Assembly (NCBI RefSeq): GCF_964213995.1
Contig: NC_135815.1
Location: 2,294,001-2,358,000 of the forward strand
DNA: 64,000 bases
Origin: Mustelus asterias
Taxonomy: Eukaryota
Reading direction: 5' to 3'
Under the pieces are notes generated by a model. It was not told where the DNA came from. It saw only the letters and a list, made by a program, of their open reading frames with translations, and ran no database searches. Both the position numbers and the translations under genes were made by a program. Numbering within the stretch: position 1 is the first letter of the stretch; the number at the start of each line of letters is the position of its first letter. Below, one piece after another: positions 11,716 to 22,845 of this stretch.

Positions 11716-14700
11716 TTAGAACATAGAACAGTACAGCACAGAACACGCCCTTCGGCCCACGATGTTGTGCTGAGCTTTATCTGAAACCAAGATCAAGCTA
11801 TCCCACTCCCTATCATCCTGGTGTGCTCCATGTGCCTATCCAATAACCGCTTAAATGTTCCTCAAGTGTCTGACTCCACTATCACTGCAGGCAGTCCATT
11901 CCACACCCCAACCACTCTCTGCGTAAAGAACCTACCTCAGATATCCTTCCTATATCTCCCACCATGAACCCTATAGTTATGCCCCCTTGCAAAAGCTCCA
12001 TCCACCCAAGGAAATAGGCTTTGAATGTTCACTCTATCTATCCCCTTCATCATTTTATAAACCTCTATTAAGTCTCCCCTCAGCCTCCTCCGCTCCAGAG
12101 AGAACAGCCCTAGCTCCCTCAACCTTTCCTCATAAGACCTACCCTCCAAACCAGGCAGCATCCTGGTAAATCTCCTTTGCACTCTTTCCAGCGCTTCCAC
12201 ATCCTTCTTATAGTGAGGTGACCAGAACTGCACACAATATTCCAAATGTGGTCTCACCAAGGTCCTGTACAGTTGCAGCATAACCCCACGGCTCTTAAAC
12301 TCCAACCCCCTGTTAATAAAAGCTCACACACTATAGGCCTTCTTCAGAGCTCTATCCACTTGAGTGGCAACCTTTAGACATCTGTGGATATGGACCCCAA
12401 GATCTCTCTGTTCCTCCACAGTCTTCAGAACCCTTTGACCCTGTAATCCACGTTTAAATTTGTCCTACCAAAATGAATCACCTCACATTTATCAGGGTTA
12501 AACTCCATTTACCATTTTTCAGCCCAGCTTTGCATCCTATCTATGTCTCTTTGCAGCCTACAACAGCCCTCCACCTCATCCACTACTCCACCAATCTTGG
12601 TGTCATCAGCAAAATTACTGATTCACCCTTCAGCCCCCTCCTCTAAGTCATTAATAAAAATCACAAAGAGCAGAGGACCAAGCACTGATCCCTGTGGCAC
12701 TCCGCTAGCAACCTGCCTCCAGTCAGAAAATTTTCCATCCACCACCACCCTTTGTCGTCGATCACATAGCCAATTACCTATCCAATCTGCCAACTTTCGC
12801 TCTATCCCACAACTCCTTGCTTTCATCATATGCCGACCATGGCGGACCTTATCAAACGCCTGACTAAAATCCATGTTTCTGACATCAACTGCCCTACCTT
12901 CATCAACACACTTAGTTACCTCCTCAAAAAATTCAATCAAATTTGTGAGGCACGACTTGCCCTTCACGAATCCGTGCTGACTATCCCGGTTTAATCCGTA
13001 TCTTTCTATATGGTCGTAAATCCCATCTCTAAGGACCTTTTCCATCAATTTACCAACCACCGAAGTAAGACTAACCGGTCTATAATTACCAGGGTCATTT
13101 CTATTCCCTTTCTTAAACAAAGGAACAACATTCGCCACTCTCCATTCCTCTGGCACCATCCCCGTGGACAGTGAGGACCCAAAGATCAAAGCCAAAGGCT
13201 CTGCAATCTCATCCCTTGCCTCCCAAAGAATCCTAGGATATATTTCATCAGGCCCAGGGGACTTATCGACCTTCAGTTTATTCAAAACTGCCAGTATATC
13301 CTCCCTCCAAACAACTATTTCCTCCAGCCTGTAACACCTTCTCTTCCTCAAAAACATGGCCCCTCTCCTTGGTGAACACTGAAGAAAAGTATTCATTCAT
13401 CACCTCGCCTATCTCTACTGACTCCATACACAAGTTCCCACCACTGTCCTTGACCGGCCCTAACCTCACCCTGGTCATTCTTTTATTCCTCACATAAGAG
13501 TAAAAAGCCTTGGGGTTTTCCTTGATCTGACCCGCCAAGGACTTCTCATGTCCCCTCCTAGCTCTCCTAAGCCCCTTTTTCAGCTCATTCCTTGCTAACT
13601 TGTAAGCCTCAATCGAGCCATCTGAACCTTGTTTCCTCATCCCTACATAAGCTTCCCTCTTCCTTTTCACAACACATTCCACCTCTTTTGTGAACCATGG
13701 TTCCCTCACTCGGCCATTTCCTCCCTGCCTGACAGGGACATACCTATCAAGGACACCCAGTATTTGTTCCTTGAAAAAGTTCCACTTTTCATTAGTGCCT
13801 TTCCCTGACAGTTTCTGTTCCCATCTTATGCCCCCTAATTCTTGCCTAATCGCATCATAATTACCTCTGCCCCAATTATAAACCTTGCCCTGCCGTACGA
13901 CCCTATCCCTCTCCATTGCAATAACAAAAGACACCGAATTGTGGTCACTATCTCCAAAGTGCTCTCCCACAACCAAATCTAACACTTGGCCCAGTTCATT
14001 TCCCAGTACCAAATCCAATGTGGCCTCACCTCTTGTCAGCCTATCCACTTATTGTGTCAGGAAACCCTCCTGCACACACTGCACAAAAACTGCCCCATCC
14101 GAACTATTTGACCTACAAAGGTTCCAATCAATATTTGGAAAGTTAAAGTCCCCCATGACAACTACCCTGTGACCCCCACACATATCCATAATCTGCTTAG
14201 CAATTTCTTCCTCCACATCTCTATTACTATTAGGGGGCCTATAGTAAACTCCTAACAACGTGACCGCTCCTTTCCTATTTCTAACTTCAGCCCATATTAC
14301 CTCAGTGTGCAGATCCCCCTCGAAGTGCCTTTCTGCAGCCGTGAGACTATCCTTGATTAACAATGCCACTCCTTCACCTCTTTTACCAGCTTCCCTACAC
14401 TTACTGAAACATCTATAGCCCGGAACGTCCAACAACCATTCCTGTCCTTGTTCTACCCACCTCTCCGTAATGGCCACAACATCGTAGTCCCAAGTACCAA
14501 TCCATGCCCCAAGTTCATCTACTTTGTTCCGGATGCTCCTTGCATTGAAGTAGACACACTTCAACCCACCTTCCTGTCTACCGGTACCCACCCTTGACCC
14601 TGATACCTTCCCCAATACCTCACCACCCTCAACACTGACTTCTGGACTACAACTCCTTTTCCCACTCCCCAGACAAATTAGCTTGAACCCCCCTGAAGAG

Positions 14701-15950
14701 CCGTTGCAAATTTCCCTCCCAGGATATTGGTGCCCCTCTGGTTCAGGTGCACCCCGTCCTGTTTGTACAGGTCCCACCTTCCCCAGAATGTGTTCCAATT
14801 ATCCACGTATCAGAAACCCTCCCTCCTACACCATCCCTGCAACCATTTGTTTAACTGCACTCTCTCCCTGTTCCTCAACTCGCTATCACGTGGCACCGGT
14901 AACGTACCAGAGATGACCACATGTTTTGTCTTGGCTCTCAGCTTCCATCCCAGCTCCCGAAATTCCTGTTTTAAATCCCCTTCCTTTCTCTTGCCTACGT
15001 CGTTGGTACCAATGTGTACCATGACTTGTGACTCCTTTCCCCTCCCCCTTATGAATCCGGAAGACACGGTCCGAGTCGTCACGGATCCTGGCATCCGGTA
15101 GGCAGCATACCACCCGTGAGTCTCTTTTGCTGCCACTGAACCTCCTATCGATCCCTCTAACTAACGAGTCCCCAATAACTATTGCCCTTCCGCTCTCCCC
15201 CTTACCCGCCTGAGCCACAGAGATGGACACAGTGCTGGAGATCCTCTCACTGCGGCTCACCACTGGTATGTCACCCCCCTCAACCGTATCCAAAGCGGAA
15301 TACTTGTTGCTAAGGGGAACGACCACAGGGGATCTCTGCACTGACTGCTTCCTCCCAGCCCCTCTCACCGTCACCCATCTGTTTTCATTCCTCAGAGTTA
15401 CTGTATCCCTAAAGCTTCTGTCTATGGCCACCTCTGCGTCCCTAATGATCCGAAGTTCATCCAACCCCAGCCCCAGTTCCCTAACACGGTTTTGGAGGAG
15501 CTGCAGATGGGTGCACTTCCCACAGATGTAATCAGCAGGGACACTGACGTCATCCCTCACCTCAAACATGGTGCAAGAGGAACATAGCACTGCCTGCACA
15601 CCCATCCCCTCTAGATACCTTGCCAGTACCAGGTAGAAACAGCAAAAATGAATTAAACTCACCCCTGCTCGCCCTTTCTGCCTAAGCCCTGTGAACCAAA
15701 GCCCTGACAGCTTTCACTCAGCTTCCCACTCACTCCAAAGCCCACTGCCGACGCTGCCCGCTGTATAGAGTGACTTTTATACTAAAAAACACAATCTCCC
15801 AGAATCCCCAGCAGCCTACTCCCACTTCCTCAGAGTTTAAACCCTTGAAAAAAGCCCGCGAAGAAACGGATTAAATAAATAAAGAAATCACAGCACTTTA
15901 CTCACCCTCAGTACTCCTGCCGAAAATCTCTCCCTCTGTCCTGCACCACT
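11716..15950 (-). mobile_element. Near full-length CR1 LINE (same subfamily as 5155-10725), disrupted
   Basis: ORF1/ORF2 fragments at 11937-15662; tagaaca tail at 11716. Confidence 0.92.
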
Positions 15951-15954
15951 CATT

Positions 15955-16650
15955 AATTTTGATTTTGATTTGATTTGATCTGATTTGATTGATCATTGTC
16001 CAATGTATTAACATACAGTGAAAAGTATTGTTTCTTGCTCGCTATACAGACAAAGCGTAGCGTTCATAGAGGAGGAAACGAGAGGGTGCAGAATGTAGTG
16101 TTACAGTCATAGCTCGGGTGTAGAGAAAAATCAACTTAATGCAAGGTAAGTCCATTCAAACGTCTGACAGCAGCAGGGAAGAAGCTGTTCTTGAGTCAGT
16201 TGGTACGTGACCCAGATTTTTGTGTCATTTTCCTGACAGAAGAAGATGGAAGAGAGAATGTCCAGGGCTGCTTTGCCGAGGCAGCAGGAAGTGTAGACAG
16301 AGTCAGTGGATGGGAGGCTGGTTTGCGTGATGGACTGGGCTACATGCACAACATTCTGTAGTTTCTTGCGGTCTTGAACAGAGCAGGAGCCATACCAAGC
16401 TGTGGTACAACCAGAAAGAATGCTTTCTATGGTGCATCTGTAAAGGTTGGCGAGAGTTGGAGCTGACATGCCACATTTCCTTAGTCTTCTGAGAAAATAA
16501 AGGCGTTGGTGGGGCTTTCTTAACTAGAGTGTCGGCATGGGGGGACCAGGACAGGTTGTTGGTGATTTGGACACCTAAAAACTTGAAGCTCTCGACCCTG
16601 TCTACTTCCTCCCCGTTCTCCTTTACACTTCCTGAAGTCGATGACAATCT
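15955..16650 (-). mobile_element. Rex1/Babar-like LINE 3' fragment
   Basis: FKFLGVQITNNLSWS..LYRCTIESILSGCTTAWYG; (tttga)n tail. Confidence 0.7.
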
Positions 16651-17200
16651 CCTTCATTGTTCTGAATGTTTTGTGCATTCAGATACAAAGCTTTTTAATT
16701 TGTTCTACTGGTAAATTTACCGAATCTTTTATAATTCCTTGGTGCATTAAGACATTCACCCGTTCTGTCCCTCTCTTTTATTGTCTGGTAACCATCGGCC
16801 ACATCGCTAACCAGCACTCTTACATCCTCCTTCAATTTGGGTTTTCTAATTTCCCCGACAACTGAACGCTCGCCGCACCCCCTATTCAGTTTAAAGCCCT
16901 ATCTACTGCCTTAGTAATGCAATTTGCTAGGACTCTGATCCCAGCATGATTCAGATGAAGACCATCCCATGGGAACAGGTCCCTTCTTCCCAGTTACCCC
17001 CACTCCCATACCCACCATGTTGAAGATGGCAGCAGGAAAGATCCTGCATTCAGGGAGTGGAGGGAAGAGACACCACTGACCCTAATCTGACCCCCCGGAC
17101 CCATTCCCTGGAGAGAGGCCTCAGTTTTCAGAGACCCAAAAGGCTGTGGTTCTGTTGATCTGTGGGGAGGTCTGGCCCCTTTAAATGTCTGACTGTCTCC

Positions 17201-18869
17201 AGTTAGGGACCAGTTCAGAAACTCCGAGGTAGATTGTGAAGTTAGCCCAGATCCCAACTTTATTTGATTTGGGCATTCGTGTGAGGATAAGATGTTTCAC
17301 TCCAGGTGTGATTCTATTAACCCAACAGGAAGCTTTTATTAAAACAAACTTTATTTAACAACACAGTTTGAATTTAACAAAAAGAATGAGCATAACTTTT
17401 ACTAATTGACATACTGATTGTGTACAAGAGTTGGGAAATCATGTTGCAGCTATATAAACCTTAGTTGGGCCGCATTTGGAGTATTGCGGTCACCACAATA
17501 CCAGAAGGACGTGGAAGCTTTGGAGAGAGTGCAAAGAAGGTTCACCAGGATGTTGCCTGGTCTCGAGGGTGTTGGCTATGAGGAGAGGTTGAATAAACTA
17601 GGATTGTTTTCACTGGAAAGACAGAGGCTGAGGGGAGACCTGATAGAGGTCTACAAAATTATGAGAGGCACAGACAGGATGGAGAGTCAGAGGCTTTTAC
17701 CCAGGGTGAAAGTGTCAATTACAAGGGGGCACGGGTTCAAGGTGAGAGGGAGGAAGTTTAAGGGAGATGTACGGGGGGAAGTTTTTCATGCAGAGAGTGG
17801 TGATGTGGGAGATCTAGGGTACCAGCAACATGAGGCACTATTAGCTCCTATCGTCGACTTGGGAACAAACAGTGCGAGACACAATGAGAACTCGATCTTA
17901 CAATCTTTAATTACTTGTGCACGAGGTGAAACAGTCCTCTGCAGAATGTTTCTGAAGTTACATCCAAACAACTTGGCGATTATAGTTAATTACAGCAAAT
18001 GAGAAACAAGCAATTTTTCCAATCCTTCATTTGCATACATATTCACCAATCAGACCCGAGCTTTTCACCCTTTCTTATTCGATGAAAACTGTCTCCTGCT
18101 AATCCTGCATTTGTATCGCATGTCCCCATATCTTGCCCTTGGTATTCCGTTACGGAAAACTCTGATTTTTCTTATCCTCTGGTGAAGGCCAAAAACAGAA
18201 AGTTTATGGGATTTATGCAGGTGAAGGCCAGCCGTTCATGCGAAATACGCAAGCACTGACCCCATTGAAGGCCTGTATGCTGATTTCCCATTGGCTGACA
18301 GAGACTTATGCAACCTTAGTTTTAACAATTTAACTTCCACAGTGGGTGCTGGAACGCGCTGCCGGAGGAAGTGGTGGAAGCAGGCACATTAGCAATGTTT
18401 AAGAAGCATCTGGATGGGGACATGAGTAGGGAGGGAACAGAGGGATACAGAAGGTTTTTTTTAAAGTTTAGTTTGGACATCATGATTAACACAAGCTTGG
18501 AGGGCCGAAGGGCCTGTTCCTGTGCTGTACTTTTCTTTGTTCTTCTTTGAACTTTAAACATGACAAGGTATAATTCTGAACTGCAATCTATCTCTATCAT
18601 GCCAATTTAAGCAATATCCCCAAAGACACACATCCTTCTTCAGAATCAGTTAGCACAAAATATATAGCTCATGTGGATGCGAGGTTTCCAGACTCTTAAC
18701 ACTTCTGGACAGAGATCCAGCAATTCGGATCAATTATGCATCTGCAGCATCAACATGTGGGCTGCCAGTTACAGACAAAGTGGCACCGATACATAGAACT
18801 GACTGCAAAGAACATCCTGCACAAGAAACAAGACACAAATATGTTTCTTAAAGGCACAGTATCATCACA
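17201..18869 (-). mobile_element. Solo LTR containing a CR1 3' fragment (about 17420-18550), which itself holds a second solo LTR (17804-18341)
   Basis: Reverse-strand termini TGTGATGATACTGTGCC..CCCTAAC match 31922-33080; flanks ctcc/ctct. Inner LTR TGTGG..TCCACA with flanks gtga/gtgg. Confidence 0.7.
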
Positions 18870-19200
18870 CTCTTCTAATGTTGCAGACATTCCCCATTCT
18901 CATTCCCACAGCTGCTTCAGATTGTGAGAAACACAAATAGTTCAGAAAAGTTAATTCCATGGACTGCAGTGTTTCTCGAAGGCAGTTCACCACCACCTTC
19001 TCCAGGGACCGTTAGGGATGGGTAATTAATGCTGGTCTAGCCAGTGACACCCACATCCCATGAATGAATTAAAACAATAACTGGGAGGAGGAGCTTTGTC
19101 TGAGAGAGCTGTTCCACAGTGTGAGGACAACATTGTATTCCATTGTTATATCAACACATCTGTAATGCTGAGGTCAGCACACTGTAATCCCCAGGATATA

Positions 19201-22200
19201 AGACCAGAAGACCATAAGACATAGGAGCGGAAGTAAGGCCATTCGGCCCATCGAGTCCACTCCACCATTCAATCATGGTTGATTTCAACTCCATTTACCC
19301 GCTCTCTCCCCATAGCCCTTAATTCCTCGAGAAATCAAGAATTTATCAATTTCTGTCTTGAAGACGCTCAACGTCTCGGCCTCCACAGCCCTCTGTGGCA
19401 ATGAATTCCACAGACCCACCACTCTCTGGCTGAAGAAATTTCTCCTCATCTCTGTTCTAAAGTGACTCCCTTTTATTCTAAGGCTGTGCCCCCGCGTCCT
19501 AGTCTACCCTGTTAATGGAAACAACTTCCCTACGTCCATCCTATCTAATGACAACGTTCCGATGAGACAGGGGGGTGTTGGTAGGGTACGGGAACCGTGG
19601 TGCACGAAGGTTGTGATGAACCTGGTGAATAAGAAAAGAGAGGCGTACAGAAGGTTCAGAGAGCTAGGAGGTGTTAAGGATTTAGAGGAGTATATGGGAT
19701 GTAGGAAGGAGCTTAAGAAGGAAATTAGGAGAGCGAGAAGGGGTCATGAGAAGACCTTGGTGGGTAAGATTAAGGAGAATCCCAAGGCTTTCTACAAATA
19801 TGTCAAGAGTAAAAGGATGAAATGTGAAGACATAGGACCCTTAAAAGGTGAAGGGGGAAAAGTTTGTGCGGAACCGTTAGAAATGGCGGAGGTGCTTAAT
19901 GAATACTTTACCTCGGTATTCACGGTGGAAAGGGATCTGGGTGGTTGTACTGCTGGTTTGCGGTGGACAGAAAGGATCGAGCATGTGGACATAAAGAAAG
20001 AGGATGTGTTGGAACTATTGAATGGCATCAAGGTTGGTAAGTCGCCGGGACCGGATGGGATGTACCCCAGGTTACTGTGGGAGGCGAGGGAGGAGATTGC
20101 GGAGCCTTTGGCGATGATCTTTGCATCGTCAATGGAGACGGGAGAGGTTCCGGAGGATTGGAGGATTGCAGATGTGGTCCCTATATTCAAGAAAGGGAAC
20201 AGGGACAGCCCGGGAAATTACCGACCGGTGAGTCTAACCTCAGTGGTTGGTAAGTTGATGGAGAGGATCCTGAGAGACAGGATTTATGATCATCTAGAGA
20301 AGTTTAGTATGATCAAAAGTAGTCAGCACGGCTTTGTCAAGGGCAGGTCGTGCCTTACGAGCCTGGTTGAGTTCTTTGAAAATGTGACCAAACACATTGA
20401 CGAAGGAAGAGCGGTGGATGTGGTCTATATGGACTTCAGCAAGGCGTTCGATAAGGTCCCCCATGCAAGACTTCTTGAGAAAGTGAGAGGGCATGGGATC
20501 CAAGGGGCTGTTGCCTTGTGGATCCGGAACTGGCTTGCCTGCAGAAGGCAGAGAGTGGCTGTGGAGGGGTCTTTCTCTGCGTGGAGGTCAGTGACCAGTG
20601 GAGTGCCCCAGGGATCTGTTCTGGGACCCTTGCTGTTTGTCATTTTCATAAATGACCTGGATGAGGAAGTGGAGGGATGGGTTGGTAAGTTTGCTGACGA
20701 CACCAAGGTAGGTGGTGTTGTGGATAGTTTGGAGGGATGTCAGAAGTTGCAGCGAGACATAGATAGAATGCAAGACTGGGCGGAGAAGTGGCAGATGGAC
20801 TTCAACCCGGATAAGTGTGTAGTGATCCATTTTGGCAGATCCAATGGGATGAAGCAGCAGTATAATATGAAGGGTACCATTCTTAGCAGTGTAGAGGATC
20901 AGAAGGACCTTGGGGTCCGGGTCCATAGGACTCTTAAATCGGCCTCGCAGGTGGAGGATGCGGTCAAGAAGGCGTACGGCGTACTAGCCTTCATTAATCG
21001 AGGGATTGAGTTTAGGAGTCGGGAGATTATGCTGCAGCTTTATAGGACCCTGGTTAGACCCCACTTGGAGTACTGCGCGCAGTTCTGGTCACCTCATTAC
21101 AGGAAAGATGTTGAAGCCATTGAAAGGGTGCAGAGGAGATTTACAAGGATGTTGCCTGGATTGGGGGGCATGCCTTATGAGGATAGGTTGAGGGAGCTTG
21201 GTCTCTTCTCCCTGGAGAGACGAAGGATGAGAGGTGACCTGATAGAGGTTTACAAGATGTTGAGAGGTCTGGATAGGGTAGACTCTCAGAGGCTATTTCC
21301 AAGGGCTGAAATGGTTGCTACGAGAGGACACAGGTTTAAGGTGCTGGGGGGTAGGTACAGAGGAGATGTCAGGGGTAAGTTTTTCACTCAGAGGGTGGTG
21401 GGTGAGTGGAATCGGCTGACGTCGGTGGTGGTGGAGGCAAACTCGTTGGGGTCTTTTAAGAGACTTCTGGATGAGTACATGGGATTTAATGGGATTGAGG
21501 GCTATAGATAGGCCTAGAGGTGGGGATGTGATCGGCGCAACTTGTGGGCCGAAGGGCCTGTTTGTGCTGTGGCTTTCTATGTTCTATGTTCTATGTTAAG
21601 CCGTTCATTATCTTGTAAGTTTCTATCAGATCTCCCCTCAACCTCCTAAACTCCAATGAATATAATCCCACGATCCTCAGACGTTCATCGTATGTCAGGC
21701 CTACCATTCCTGGGATCATCCGTGTGAATCTCCGCTGGACCCGCTCCAGTGCCAGTATGTCCTTCCTGAGATGTGGGGCCCAAAATTGCTCACAGTACTC
21801 CAAATGGGGCCTAACCAGTGCTTTATAAAGCCTCAGAAGTACATCCCTGCTTTTGTATTCCAAGCCTCTTGAGATAAATGACAACATTACATTTGCTTTC
21901 TTAATTACGGACTCAACCTGCAAGTTTACCTTTAGAGAATCCTGGACTAGGACTCCCAAGTCCCTTTGCACTTTAGCATTATGAATTTTGTCACTGTTTA
22001 GAAAATAGTCCATGCCTCTATTCTTTTTTCCAAAGTGTACGACCTTGCACTTGCCCAGTTGAATTTCATCAGCCACTTCTTGGACCACTCTCCTAAACTG
22101 TCTAAATCTTTCTGCAGCCTCCCCACCTCCTCAATACTACCTGCCCCTCCACCTATCTTTGTATCATCGGCAAACCTGGCCACAATGCCCCCAGTCCCGT

Positions 22201-22257
22201 CATCTAGATCGTTAATATATAAAGAGAACAGCTGTGGCCCCAACACTGAACCCTGCG
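19201..22257 (-). mobile_element. 5'-truncated CR1 (-) with a nested CR1 (+)
   Basis: Flanked by a GGATATA direct repeat (19194-19200, 22258-22264). The empty site is present in the paralog at about 61762-61768. Confidence 0.85.
19548..21594 (+). mobile_element. Young 5'-truncated CR1; uninterrupted 649-aa ORF2 RT portion (19562-21511)
   Basis: Open frame with [32 protein letters not shown]; (ttctatg)n tail. Confidence 0.93.
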
Positions 22258-22500
22258 GGATATAGAGCAGTAACAAACTAACACAGCAAGATCAACCTTG
22301 GAACCTGCTCCCTCCCTTTAAAACTCTTCCTGTGCCCTTCCTTTAACACAGAAACCCGACTGCCTGGACTGTCCCTTTAAATACTCACGGGAATTTGAAA
22401 CCTTCAGCTCAGAATTTAACTCGCTGATTTCTTTCACTCATTGATTTCTTTCATTCACTGATTTATTTCACTCACTGATTTGTTTTTCCTCTTTTTAAAG

Positions 22501-22845
22501 GTGCGAATGTTCCAGTCCTTACCCAGTCTCCGAGTGTGGAACGTGTCACAGAGGGTCAGACTGCACGGTTACAGTGCACCATGGGGAACGCTGCAGTGAC
22601 AGACACTGATGTTCACTGGTACCGGGAGCTACCTGGGAAAGATAGGGAGAGAGTTTTAACACAGGATATATGGAATAACATACACCGGAGCCGAGGTTTC
22701 ACTGAGCGTTTCCAGCCTTCCAGAGACACCTCCTACAACAGCTTCATTCTGACAATCACCATGGTGCAGCCCAGTGACACTGCCGTCTATTACTGCTCAG
22801 TGTGGGGAGGGGTCCGGGGTAAAGGAAGCCGGCTGAATGTAACCA
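22501..22845 (+). CDS. Exon V1: V-set Ig domain with fused J-like G strand
   Basis: Acceptor ttttcctctttttaaag|GT, donor ACC A|gtgagt. Translation ANVPVLTQSPSVERVTEGQTARLQC..VHWYRE..DTAVYYCSVWGGVRGKGSRLNVT has the B-strand Cys, C-strand Trp, DxAxYYC and GxG-x-x-L-x-V. Confidence 0.93.

Larger units (their letters stand above)
2625..16995 (-). mobile_element. Older CR1 LINE fragmented by nested insertions (pieces at about 2625-2907, 3604-5153, 10725-11715, 16655-16995)
   Basis: RT and APE ORF fragments (3546-5113, 11378-11746) are collinear across the inserts. Confidence 0.8.

Noticed and set aside
3570-15531. Many + strand ORFs of 60-130 aa
   Set aside because: Antisense shadows of CR1 ORF1/ORF2, except the Penelope GIY-YIG ORF at 6601-7140.
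19097-19150. CACAGTG heptamer after 'tgtctgagagag' (also at 61683) as an RSS
   Set aside because: No ACAAAAACC-like nonamer at 12- or 23-bp spacing and no V coding sequence upstream.
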